From NCBI GenBank assembly GCA_964188305.1, contig OZ076888.1: a DNA stretch of 64,000 nucleotides. One strand, written 5' to 3'. This document shows, piece after piece, positions 1-12,149 of the stretch (positions are counted from its first letter, which is position 1; each line of letters opens with the position of its first letter). Source of the DNA: Podarcis bocagei (taxonomy: Eukaryota). The position numbers and the translations under genes were made by a program. The notes under the pieces were generated by a model. It was not told where the DNA came from. It was given only the letters and a program-made list of their open reading frames with translations, and did not search any database.

Positions 1-50
1 ACCATCTAACAGTGTGGGAAATATGGCAAAGCCTTACTACTTCATATGGT

Positions 51-277
51 CAAAATAAAAAAAATCCTTCCAGTAGCACCTTAAAGACCAACTAAGTTAG
101 TTCTTGGTATGAGCTTTCGTGTGCATGCACACTTCTTCAGATACACTGAAGAATCTGAAGAAGTGTGCATGCACATGAAAGCTCATACCAAGAACTAACT
201 TAGTTGGTCTTTAAGGTGCTACTGGAAGGATTTTTTTTATTTTGACTATGGCAGACCAACACGGCTACCTATCTGTA
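51..277. mobile_element. Penelope-like element terminal remnant arranged as an inverted repeat
   Basis: 94-bp inverted arms (49-142 / 153-246, one mismatch); 15-bp target-site duplication ACTACTTCATATGGT at 36-50 and 278-292; GTAGCACCTTAAAGACCAAC...GCTTTCGTG...CTTCTTCAGA motif resembles reptile Penelope-like termini. Confidence 0.8.
107..144 (-). ncRNA. Minimal type I hammerhead ribozyme-like motif (PLE-associated)
   Basis: Minus strand reads GUAU-CUGAAGA-A-GUGUG(CAUG)CACAC-GAAA-GCUC-AUAC: both catalytic boxes, helix I GUAU/AUAC, helix II, palindromic AGCU in place of helix III. Confidence 0.6.
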
Positions 278-508
278 ACTACTTCATATGGTGAATATCA
301 TATGGTGATGTTATCGGTCTTTATGATACCTTTGAACACATGATAGAAAAGTTGACTGCATTTGTAGTAATATGACTAGCAGCCACATAGTAGAAATCCT
401 TTATCACATAGTAATGTGGACTTGTTTTCTGTAAAATTTTAATAGTTCTGCTCTTCAATTTTAAAATCCACTGAATTCCAGAGGAGGAGGAAATTGCATT
501 GCTAACAG

Positions 509-692
509 CGGAGCTTTCCAAACTCTGTGTTGCAACGTGTTAGTGTGTCTGCTGCAGTGTGTAGATGTGTAATGCAAACGCTCCTCCCAGGGCTGGAAAT
601 GGGTTAGTTTAACCTCTGGTTCGCTAGTAAAACTGAATTACCGTGTCGTGAAAATAAATGTGTCACGAACATGAAAAGTTTGGAAAGCTCTG
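509..692. mobile_element. hAT-type MITE
   Basis: 16-bp TIRs CGGAGCTTTCCAAACT / AGTTTGGAAAGCTCTG; 8-bp TSD GCTAACAG / GCTAACAA. Confidence 0.8.
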
Positions 693-1334
693 GCTAACAA
701 GGGTGTGATGTCAGGCTTAAATTAGAGATGTAGCCCCCAGACCTTCACTTTTGTCCCTGCCCTTCTTAGCTACTGTTTTTTGACAGCAGGGGGGCATTAT
801 CTAGCTAAAAATGAGAAGCTGGTGTAGAGACTTGTGGACTTTATTTAGGGGTTCCTGTCTTTCATAATTTGAGTATTGTGTGATACAAAGTAGAATGTGC
901 TTTTGCCTCAAAAATCACTTGAGTAAGGTTTAAGTTCACAATCACATAATTAAGCTCAAGAAATAAATTACAAATTGGAAACACATTCTCTTTCTCTCTG
1001 TCTTCATATTTCTGTAAATGACCAAGCGTACTTTGCAATTACTTTTATAGAAACAGTTAGAAATATTTGTCACATTTTCTAGTGGTGGGAAAATATGAGT
1101 GGAAAATATGTGTTTTGTTCTGCTGGGACACTAAGGTAAAATAGCTATCTGTGTAATCTGAATCCTTTTTTTAGTGCAGAAATAAACCATAGCCCCACTG
1201 TGAACTTGAGAAATATTTCCTATTTGTTAGAATTACTTGGCCTGTTTGTGTGACCCGTATTAAGGAACTGATGTTGCTTCACCAATCCTTCAGTATGCCT
1301 TGACTTGACTGACAAATATTAAACAATACATAAT

Positions 1335-1736
1335 GAATGTCAGAGGAGCCCTGCTGGATCAGGCCAAAGGCTCATTTAACCTTGACCCATCTAATCCATC
1401 ATCCTGTTCTCACTGTGGCCACCCAAATGCTTATAAGAAGCTGGCAAGCAGGACCTGAGAGCAACAGCACTCTACCCATTTGTGATTCCTAGCCTCTGGT
1501 ATTCATACAGATGCAATTAAGCAGCACTTTGTATTTGGTCGTTCATTGCAGTTGGTGTTGTTTTCATTCCACTACAGTTCGGATTCTGCTAAAACCTATG
1601 TTGTCTATCTTCCTATCTGCTATGGCCTAAACTGCTGTAATTAATTGTGGAATCAATTATGGAATAAATATAAATACAGCTCAGTGGACAAGAAATTTAA
1701 AAGATAATGCAGAAAATCATATTTACATGCTTTCAT

Positions 1737-1782
<46 letters not shown>

Positions 1783-2270
1783 TAGTGAATATTGCTTGTA
1801 TTTGCTTGAGTGATTTCTATTCCTGACCTCCAAACAAGCAGTTGTGGCAATTTCTGCTCCCATTTCTATTTCTAAAAGAATCCACCAACAGTCCTAGGTA
1901 TTCAGAGGCATAAACCTCCAAGTGGATGTAGAACATAACCAGAGGCTAGTAGCCTAATATAGTTTCATCACCCATGAATTTGTCTAATCTGCTTTTAAAG
2001 CCATCCAATTTGGTGACTGTCCCTATACTTTGTGGAAATGAATTCTATATAATGCAGAATTTTATACATCTCTGTCATGTCTCTCTTTAGTTGCCTTTTC
2101 CCTAAACTAAAAGGTCCCAAATGTTACAACCTTTCCTTGTAGGAGAATTCCAATTTTGTAGGGAAATAGCAATTTTGGTTGCTATTTTATGACCTTTTCC
2201 CAGCTCTACAATATCCTTTTTGTGGTGAGGTGACCAGAACTGTATACAGTATTCTAAATCATCACCATCA
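1335..2270 (-). mobile_element. CR1 LINE 3' fragment, degenerate and interrupted (about 1500-1890)
   Basis: CTGCTGGATCAGGCC...CCCATCTAATCC 3' end motif and GACCAGAACTGTATACAGTATTC RT-region motif on the opposite strand; same family as 30040 and 54750. Confidence 0.65.
1739..1781. repeat. (AAT)n microsatellite
   Basis: about 14 perfect units. Confidence 0.95.
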
Positions 2271-2889
2271 TATATGAAGAGTAGAAAAATGTAACCATAT
2301 TAAATGAATATGCTGAGTAGTTTTGAGACATAGATGACAATTTATTTATATACGTATACATCTGATTATTTCCTTGTTATCCATTTAGTTTGTTAGTCTT
2401 ACATTTACCGAAAACAGTACTATATTTGTTGTTTAGTGCTCCTCTGATTAACTTTATTGTGGTTACCCTTGACCAGATACACAGTTGGAATCCAGCGCTT
2501 GGTTGTTTTCAGTCCTTGATAAACACTTCCTTATCTCATTTGCTTTTATTTGTAGCTAAAGTTTTGAACATGTAGTATTCTAACTAATTGTTGTTGGACT
2601 CACATTTAATTCAAGTTCCTGATGCCAGGTTTAGACATTACAGCACTTTTTTTTGTATTAAGAAAATCAAAAGAAAGCTTCCTGCTCCCTCTACTGGTGA
2701 TGGTCTTGATTTTTAGCTTTGTTTTTCTTGGTAAATTGATGGCTGATAAGTGAAGAACAACTTGTACAAATATGGAAGTACTAACATGTAAATTCCCAGC
2801 GGGGAGAAATGCATCTTTTCTGAACTTACCAAACAATTTAATTTATCTTGGAAATTGAAGGCCATGTGGGAAGATTAGAGCAGTAGTAA

Positions 2890-4190
2890 TAGCCAGCAAG
2901 TTTGGAAAACCCAGCAGCCAGAGGATTGGAGAAGATCAGTCTACATCCCAATCCCAAAGAAAGGCAGTGCCAAAGAATGCTCCAACTACCACACAATTGC
3001 ACTCCTTTCACACGCTAGCAAGGTTATGCTTAAAATTCTACAAGGCAGGCTTAAGCAGTATGGATTATGGAGGAAACTAGAGAGTTCCAGAAAAACATCT
3101 ACTTCTGCTTCATTGACTACGCAAAAGCCTTTGACTGTGTCGACCACAGCAAACTATGGCAAGTTCTTAAAGAAATGGGAGTGCCTGGTCACCTCATCTG
3201 TCTCCTGAGAAATCTCTATGTGGGACAAGAAGCTACAGTTAGAACTGGATATGGAACAACTGATTGGTTCAAAATTGGGAAAGGAGTATGACAAGGCTGT
3301 ATATTGTCTCCCTGCTTATTTAACTTATATGCAGAATTCATCATGCGAAAAGCTGGGCTGGATGAATCCCAAGCCAGAATTAAGATTGCCGGAAGGAATA
3401 TCAACAACCTCAGATATTCAGATGACACAACTTTGATGGCAGAAAGTGAGGAGGAATTAAAGAACCTCTTAATGAGGGTGAAAGAGGAGAACACAAAATA
3501 TAGTCTGAAGCTCAACATCAAAAAAGCTAAGATCATGGCCACTGGTCCCATCACCTCCTAGGAAATAGAGGGGGAAGAAATGGAGGCAGTGAGAGATTTT
3601 ACTTTCTTGGGCTCCATGATCACTGCAGATGGTGACAGCAGTCACGAAATTAAAAGACGCCTGCTTCTTGGGAGAAAAGCAATAACAAACCTAGAGAGCA
3701 TCTTAAAAAGCAGAGACATTAACTTGCCAACAAAGTTAGTTAAAGCAATGGTTTTCCCAGTAGTGATGTATGGAAGTGAGAGCTGGACCATAAAGAATGC
3801 TAATCGCTGAAGAATTGATGCTTTTGAATTATGGTGCTGGAGGAGACTCTTGAGAGTCCCATGGATTGCAAGAAGATCAAACCTATCCATTCTGAAGGAA
3901 ATCAGCCCTGAGCACTTACTGGAAGGACAGATCTTGAAGCTGAGGCTCAATATTTTGGCCACCTCATGAGAAGAAACGACTCCCTGGAAAAGACCCTGAT
4001 GTTGGGAAAGATTGAGGGCACAAGGAGATGGGGACAAGAGAGGACGAGATGGTTGGACAATGTTCTCGAAGCTACCAACATGAGTTTGACCAAACTGCGG
4101 GAGGCAGTGGAAGACAGGAGTGTCTGGTATACTCTGGTCCATGGTGTCACAAAGAGTCGGACACGACTAAATGACTAAACAAGAACAACA
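2890..4190 (+). mobile_element. BovB (RTE) LINE, 5'-truncated, decayed reverse transcriptase
   Basis: ORF fragments CFIDYAKAFDCVDH, LRYSDDTTLMAE, VFPVVMYGSESWT, HGVTKSRTRLND; 3' end AGTCGGACACGACT...(AAC)-like tail; stops and frameshifts; possible TSD AATAGCC. Confidence 0.95.
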
Positions 4191-6714
4191 ATAGCCTTCT
4201 GTATTTTCCTGGAGTTAGTGTGTGTCTCCACTAATGTATGTATGTTTGTCATTCTGAATTCTATCTTAGTGGTTTCTGCTTTGTTAATAGTTCCAGTAAT
4301 TTCATATACATTAATGCAAATGCAAATGCAACCCTCTCCTATACCTATCTTGCCAGACTGGTTGTATTTTGATTTTTCTGATCACTTGTTACGGAGCAGA
4401 AATCTGTAAGTCTTTCTTTATATGAAGCAGTGTTTGACTGTGGCTTGGTTTGCATATCATACCAAACCAAAGGTTACATAGTGTATTCTGCAAACACACC
4501 GCACATAAACCACATGTTGCCCCCCAAACAATCAACAAACCTTGGCTTCTTTCATTTCCCTCCTTCATACTCCATATTTGATACTTGTGTCACCATGCCC
4601 TTTCCCATTGTCTGGCTGGAAGGACAAGGGCATGGAACACTTTGAATTCTTTGCCCACTCTCGTTAATAGTCAATTCCTTCCCTCACTAAAGAGGGTGTT
4701 GCCACCCTCCAGACCTCTTGTGGAGGAGGCACACGATGAAAGGTCTCAGATGATGATCTGGGTCTGGGTTGGTTCATATGGGGAGAGGTGGTCCATGAGG
4801 TATTACAGTCTGCTGAGGGAAGGGGATGAAGGCTGGGACTACACTGTGTGTGTAGGATTGGGAATTTCACAAGGGGAGTCATTGTGCTACTGAAGTGTGG
4901 CACAATACAAATGATACAAATTCAAAACATTTCAACAGTATTAAAAACCAAATACCAAACACATCCGCGTTCCTGCCCAAAAGGCAAAGAACGTTGCCTA
5001 CAAAAATATTAAGAGAAAGCAAGAATACTGAAGGATGCAAGGGCAGCGCATCCTGTTTTGTTGTTTCAGGTGAAATGGGAACTGCTGCTGCGACTGTCAC
5101 TACTCCCTCCACCACCATGCCTGCTGCTGCCAATACCACCTGATCTGCTGCTGCTGCTATGTGCTCTGTCAGGTGGTGCCAATTTGAGGCAAGATCATGC
5201 CATTTTGGGTGAGATGTGATCTTGCCTGAAATTGGTGCTGGTGGCATTGGTGCCTTACCCTGCCCAATGGCTGTGCTGGCTCTGCCTGGTTGGAGGTGGG
5301 TGGGCAAAGCAGGTGGAAAAGCATGTCCTTAATGGTTCCTGCAGGCTCTCCCCAGTAACAATGCCTGTCAGGCAGGCAACAGCTCCTCTTTAGAAGGGTC
5401 CCTAGCTTCTGCTAGACTATAATATACAAATTTTGTCTGCAAGTTCATAGAAACTGTATAAGCATGAGCACTGAAAGTACTGTCTACCACTGCATAGCCA
5501 CTGGGGACAGCCATCATTGTAACCTCTGAAGCCAAGTACAAATACTTTTTCTGAGCATCTTTTTAGTGTAAGCATGGAGACCATTTCTTCAAAGAACCTA
5601 CCTCTTTGATGTTCCTGAGAGATCAGAACCCTAAGACCTGGACAGCTAGCATTGTACTTCTTTACAGGTGGCAACAAGACGGCCAACACAAGAGAAGGCC
5701 AACACAAGAGACAGCATTGCTCATGATATTTAACTCCTGGTAAGCAAAACTATGTTGTGCTGTTTTACCTTCTATATTTGTCATGAACTACCATTTTGGC
5801 AGTTCAGTTGGAAAGGGACATTTGACCACATATAATACATGGCTTTGGGATGAAATAATTAAAGGAGAGGAAGGGAGGGAGGAATCATAATGATATCGCA
5901 ATATGATATCAGATGATATCTGAATCAGAATAACCATAATTCCACATTTATCCTACTTGTTTTTGTGTCTCATTGATATACACTCACCATTTATTTATTC
6001 ATTCACAAAGCTGAGTTTCTTTTCTGCTTGGCTCTCCTTGCCTTCTTCTTCCACTTTCACCTCATGCTTTGCATGCACTCCCCCCCCCAAGCCCTGCTTC
6101 TTCCATCTCTGTCCTTAAGCAAAAGTATGCATATGAGTTGCAGAAGGTGTCCCTTGGATTCATCTACTTGCTGTCATGTTGACATCTTTGGTTTTTCCTT
6201 ACTTTTTAGGAGTATGTGAGACAATATCTACTGTTCTTTGTCACTTAACTTTCTCTGTGCTTTTTTCCAGCAAAGTGTCTGACTTGAGGATCACAACCCA
6301 TCACTCAAGAAATATGGCAAGAGAAGGAAAGGCAGAGGAAAGAAATTTTACATTGTCTCCCTGCCAGAGATGTGGTTCATGAAACACCAAAGTGACTCTT
6401 CAGCCTGAGCTCAAAAGAAATGATGAAACAAATATCAGGCCTGTATCCTGGCAAACAGGACAGCTGTCCAGAAATGGATGCTAAAGTTTATGGGCAGTGT
6501 GATAGAGAGTTCTTAATTTGCGCTAAAATTCCACAGATGTTTCAAATAGGATAACATCCTGGGTGCAACAACTGGTACTGATAATTTACTTTGCTATGGT
6601 TCTTGAAAATGCAGGCTATATTTTGAATTCAGTCCAAAGACCAGTAAGGAAAGAGACAAATCCCTTTTGCTGTGGCTGGCAGTTACTGTTTTAAACACTG
6701 CTAAAGATCCATTG

Positions 6715-7067
6715 AGGGACGTGGGTGGTGCTGTGGGTTAAACCACAGAGCCTAGGACATGCAGATCAGAAGGTTGGCGGTTCGAATCCTCGCGATGGAG
6801 TGAGCTCCCGTTGCTTGGTCCCTGCTCCTGCAAACCTAGAAGTTCGAAAGCATGTCAAAGTGCAAGTAGATAAATAGGTACCGCTCCAGTGGGAAGGTAA
6901 ACGGCATTTCTGTGCGCTGCTCTGGTTCGCCAGAAGCAACTTAGTCATGCTGGCCACATGACCTGGAAGCTGTACGCCGGCTCCCTCGGCCAATAAAGCG
7001 AGATGAGCGCTGCAACCCCAGAGTCGGCCAAGACCGGACCTAATGGTCAGGGTTGCCTTTACCTTTA
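6715..7067 (+). mobile_element. Sauria SINE (full length)
   Basis: tRNA-like head with B box GGTTCGAATCC, GTGCAAGTAGATAAATAGGTACC core, (ACCTTT) tail; 14-bp TSD CTAAAGATCCATTG at 6701-6714 and 7068-7081. Confidence 0.93.
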
Positions 7068-7390
7068 CTAAAGATCCATTGCAGTGGTAACTTTATCCAC
7101 TGGAGCAATCTCCATTGTTCTGTGCCGTACTGTACTGTACTGTTCAGTGCACTGTTATTAAGCATGACAAATAAAGTAGCATCAAATTCCATTTGTCTCA
7201 CTGTTGTTTGTAGCATGTAATGCAGGAGTTAAATTGATGTCTTTGTCTAGTGGAACATATATCAAATACTGGTGATTGCTGGCATACTTTGCATGGCTAC
7301 ATCCAGACATTTTGGTAGCCAGTGAATCTATAGTCAGTCAAACCTACATTTGACAAGTATTCAGAAATTGCAAAGATTTGAAGCTGACTT

Positions 7391-7468
7391 CATAGAATTG
7401 TAGAGTTGTAGGGTATCCTGAGGATCATCTAGTCCAACCCCTTGCAAGGCAATAATATGCAGCTGTCC
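7391..7468 (-). mobile_element. CR1-tailed SINE fragment (tail plus linker)
   Basis: reverse complement of GGGTTGGACTAGATGATCCTC...CAATTCTATG; linker matches the 32761 copy. Confidence 0.7.
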
Positions 7469-7469
7469 T

Positions 7470-7695
7470 TGCTTGGTGATTAACAGCGGTGAACCGTAAT
7501 CCGGTGAACCGGGTTCGCTTCCCTGCTCCTTCACACGCAGCTGCTGAGTGACCTTGGGCCGGTCACACTTCTCTGAAGTCTCTCAGCCTCACTCACCTCA
7601 CAGAGTGTTTGTTGTGGGGGAGGAAGGGAAAGGAGAATGTTAGCCGCTTTGAGACTCCTTCGGGTAGTGATAAAGCAGGATATCAAATCCAAACA
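7470..7695 (+). mobile_element. tRNA-derived SINE, Squam2-like
   Basis: GGTTCGCTTCC B-box-like motif, GTGACCTTGGGC core-like motif, AGCCGCTTTGAG...GGATATCAAATCC 3' end. Confidence 0.7.
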
Positions 7696-9621
7696 GCTTT
7701 TTATCTAGCTTCAAAATGATAATTATCATTGATTAATGTAGAAGACCTGGTGAAGATTCCTTTAATGTTGTGATGATCTATGGACCCACACTACTTTCCC
7801 CCTTATAAGCTATGTTGGTTTATATAAAAATTAGAAGGAAAGAAGTGCAACACTAAAAGGAAGAGGGAGGCAGACCTCAGAGAGTGTCAATAGAAAGCAA
7901 TGTGACAAACTTCAAAATGTGTGGATCATTTATTAGAATGCAAATTACAGTTACATTATATTTGAAGGCAAATGTAAATGTATTATTTATAATAAAGGAT
8001 TTGCATGTTCTGTTGATCTTCTGATGAAATGAGTGATGTGTTATATAACATTAGTTTCATTTACTTTGAATGTTGAGGTTCTTTTTCATGAGCACAATTC
8101 ATGACAGTAATGAATTGCATTATGATTGCATGATTTGTGTTGAACATCAGTTTCCACGAACAACTGTTCTTGAAGAAATATTTGTGAAAACACTTTGTGG
8201 CATTTGCAGTCTAACAAATAAATTATCCATATAACACTCATTTGTACATTTGCCTCTCCTTTTCCCTTGGTTTTCAATGTATGTCTTGTGTATATTTATT
8301 TTCCTACCTAGCAGGCTAAGGTTGGTTGATATGTGACAATTTTGCTACTGTATTGAAAACTTTATGTAGATTGTAAGAGTTAAGATCAACATGTAGTTTG
8401 ATTTGAATGCTTTTCATATCTGGAACTGCTATCCCTGTAGGAAATCTGTTGTGTTTAAAGCAGTTGGTCATTTAAGCAACCTACGTTATCAACTATGACT
8501 TTTAGGCTGAAATCTTATGCTGCTTAAGTTGTTGGGAGTAAACACCATTGAACTTTCTTCTGAGCAGATGTCTAGGATCACTCTGTTAAATTAGAAGCTT
8601 TTCACAGGCTGTTGCAGTTATATAAAAATAATTTGACCAATGCTTTCTGAACCATATTTTCTCAGTTACTGTTTTCAGTGGTGCAGAACTTTTGGTATGT
8701 TCTACCAAAAGAATATAAATCAGTAATGTGAATGCTTGTATCAGTTATGAAAGCCTTTTCTATTGAAGCTGAAAGTGGTATCTGCACTCATCTTAGTGAA
8801 ACATGCATCTAAATCCAGTGACTGTATGCCCAGAAGAGATGACATCCTGTAATAAAGGAATGAATTATGCTTTCTTCATGTACAGGATTAAAAAAACTGG
8901 AAAGGAAGAAAAAATAGTCCATATGTAAATATATTTAAATAACTGGAGCTTCTCGTGTTGCACTTAGATACTAGTAGTTTTAGTGGCCTAGGTTCTTTGT
9001 GGGTTTGGGTGTCTTTGTTTCTGCGAAATAATCAGGAACGTTGTCTTTTTCTTGGCTAGTCCCTAGATTGTACCTCTGTTTATACCAACCAACAGGCACT
9101 GGCCTGGTGGGTCCTTTACACAGAAATAATTATAATTATAATAAATAATTTATAAAATTCATTAACTTAGATAAATATGGGGGACTCTAAAGAAATTGAA
9201 AGAAAAGGAACTTGGAAGTTGTGGGTTGATAAAGTCACAATATTCAGATAACACTTGAAACTATCCATTCAGATCCATGATGGTAGGATTCCTATCAGAG
9301 ATCCTGTAGTAGCAGATAATTCAGTCCTGTGATCAAAATTTGCTGTTTCTCCTAAAGACGTCTAAGATAGTAATCAATTTAAAGTTGTAAACCAAAATTA
9401 ATCCTACATAGTCACATTGAAATTCAGTTACATTCATGCACACATAATTTTGCTGTTCTTGAGTCTTTGAATTACATTATGAGCATCCTATCATATGCAT
9501 AAGAACTTGTAAATTAAGCCCCACTGGTTTCAAGTGTGCAGAGAATTCCTGCTGTGTCCATTGTTGTATCAGGTGTAGTCATCTAAAGTCACCACTCTCC
9601 TGTTAGCTCACTGACCAGTTA

Positions 9622-9862
9622 CAGTGGTACCTCATTTAAGAACAGTCCAGTTTAAGAACGATTCGGTTTACAAACTCTGCAAAACCGAAAACAATGTCCC
9701 AATTTGAGAACTTTACCTCAGTCTAAGAACAGAATCCGAATGGTGGAAGGGCACCGGTGGCGGGAGGCCTCAGTAGGGAAAGCGCGCCTCAGTTTTAAGA
9801 ATGGTTTTGGTTTAAGAACAGACTTTTGGAATGGATTAAGTTCGTAAACCAAGGTACCACTG
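9622..9862. mobile_element. Tc1/mariner (Tigger-like) MITE
   Basis: TIRs CAGTGGTACCT / AGGTACCACTG flanked by TA on both sides. Confidence 0.9.
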
Positions 9863-10037
9863 TACAACATACATAAACTGTAGCAATAACCTCAACACAC
9901 AATTATTAGCATGGAAATATATTTTGTTCGCTTTGGTTCTGATAATCCTCTAATTCTTACAAAAATAATATATTTGTAATCAAATGGAAAAGACAATGGT
10001 ATCTTAACACACATTGTGTTTTAATTCTTAGAAAGCT

Positions 10038-10176
10038 ATCATAGAATTGTGGAGTTGGATGAGACCACAATGTTCATCTAGTCCAGCCCCTTGCAGTGCA
10101 CGACTCTTTTGCCCAGCATGGGGCTCAAACCCACAACCCTGAAATTAAGTGTCTCATGCCCTACTGACAGAGCTAT
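10038..10176 (-). mobile_element. tRNA-Lys-headed, CR1-tailed SINE
   Basis: minus strand TAGCTCTGTCAGTAGGGCATGAGACACTTAATTTCAGGGTTGTGGGTTTGAGCCCC followed by GGACTAGATGA...ATTCTATGAT. Confidence 0.75.
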
Positions 10177-11543
10177 GTATAAGTTGTAGCTGATATAGAA
10201 AGAGCTGAAGCTCACACAGTAACAAAATGAAGTGATTATTATTGGAGATTGTAGGTTTGAATAAAATATAAATGTTTGGTCTTCCTTACTTTACCTTTTT
10301 ATGCTAGTAAAAAACCCACAGAAGTGTCAAGCTGAAATATTCATCTTTAATATGGAAGATCTTAGAAGTGGTTAAACTTAATGGAGCTTGTCTGACATAC
10401 AGTACTTACTTTACATATTATATATTATCTAGCCATGTAAAAACCAAAATGCAGTTGATATTCAAAACCACCACACCTGTCATTCTGGTGGTAAAATATT
10501 TTCTGACTTTAGTGGTGTATGATCAGGCAGGTAAAAATTAGTTCTACAGTCACATAACAAACTTTGATTAGAACGTCCAATACTTGGATTGTAGATTTGT
10601 AATATTATAATTGAGCAAGGAAGTAATTTGTCCATCCTCCATAGTTTATTAGCATGTGCATAATTAAAAATACAAATCATTGTTCTAATAATGATCTTCA
10701 TTGAAAAACAAGGTCTCTTCAAGATAAGTCTTGCTGGCGCTGTGGAGTTGGTATTTGAAGTATGTCCATCTGCATCTAAACGAGTAGCTCCAAGACAATC
10801 AGATTATGTAGTAGTTACTTTGGTGAGAATATCGCGTAAGTGGAATGGAAACTTCATTTTGAGTCTAATATTAGACCTTGCTTTGGAAAATTCCTTTTAA
10901 ATGATCACAAGCTGGGAATAGCAAAAGTATTTAGCTTTAGACAGACAGCATTCACAAAGAATTTGTTTTTAACTGATTATGTTAGGTCCCTGGGAAAGCA
11001 GATGTGAAGTTTACCAAGCTGAATTGGTTTGACCTGATGCAGTGTTCATGTCAGTTGTTAGGGTCCCCTCCCTGGTCTATTTTTTCCAAGATAGCTTCAT
11101 TCTTTGACCATGAGTGAGTTTGGATGGAATACTTTGAATGCTTGTTAGTTTAGTAAATCTCAGCTTCTTCCACCAATTTCCTATTGTCTACAAATGAGCT
11201 TAATAAAAGTCAATCAGACTGTTTTGATTACTTCCCAGACTATGGGTGTTTTCTCAGAAGTACCACTGAGTTCAGTGAGACTTACTCCATGGTTAAGTAT
11301 GTGCAGGATTACAACCTTACAGCCCTGCAATTGTTTACACAATGATGTGCAGATGTTTTGTTTGTTTGCTTCTTTTTTAGTCCTTTAATATCTAGGAAAA
11401 TGAATCATCTGAAGTGAGACTAGCTAGACTTTAATTGGTAGTTTAACTGTTCTTTAGTGAACTCTCTGACTCTATAGTTTAGTGCAATTTGCTGCATGGT
11501 TAATAAGCTTTGGATTGACTTTGGTTTACCAGTGATCATTGGC

Positions 11544-11687
11544 AGCTAGAATAGCTCAATCAGTAGAGCCTGAGACTCAGAGTCATGGGTTTGAGCCCCA
11601 CATTGGGCAAAAGATTCCTGCATTGCAGGGGGTTGGACTAGATGACCCTTGTGGTCCCTTCCAACTCCGCAATTATATGATTCTATG
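11544..11687 (+). mobile_element. tRNA-Lys-headed, CR1-tailed SINE
   Basis: TAGCTCAATCAGTAGAGCCTGAGACTC...GAGCCCCACATTGGGC head; GGGGGTTGGACTAGATGACC...ATTCTATG tail. Confidence 0.8.
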
Positions 11688-12149
11688 TTTGTTGTAATGA
11701 AGATCCCCCTTGTAAAACTGTGGCATTAAAATTCCCACCATTTGTATAATCAATAGATTTATTTGAAGTATAAAAAATAGGTGTAACAAAAAATGTCTGA
11801 GAGTGGCATATCTAAGCTTATTTGTTCAATTATGGTAGTTGACAGTATACTGGCTGTCACTTGCCTGTGTTAAAATAAGTTATTGCGCTGCTTTTAATTC
11901 AGCATATGATTGAATTCATCTGTTTGAAAATGAACAGTATAATACAATACATCTGGTGTTTGCTAATGTGGAATGTCAGTAAACTAGGAATAATTATCAT
12001 CTTAGCTACAGTCAGTGAGGTGAGGTGAAACATTTTCTATTTCATAAGTTCATTAGTGATAATGAATAGATTGCGGCTGGAAATGTAATATTAGTCAAGC
12101 TTGGCAGTTTCAAGATTTCTACCTCTATTTACTAAATACAAGTAAAATA

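Noticed and set aside
1653-1850. Poly-Ile membrane peptide ORF (also poly-Leu/poly-Arg ORFs at 21460-21707)
   Set aside because: Translations of (AAT)n and (CCT)n microsatellites
3026-4178. Functional reverse transcriptase gene
   Set aside because: 5'-truncated BovB with multiple stops, frameshifts and a deletion
4585-5707. ORFs of 80-142 aa as a nested gene
   Set aside because: No recognisable domain or exon structure; probably decayed repeat sequence
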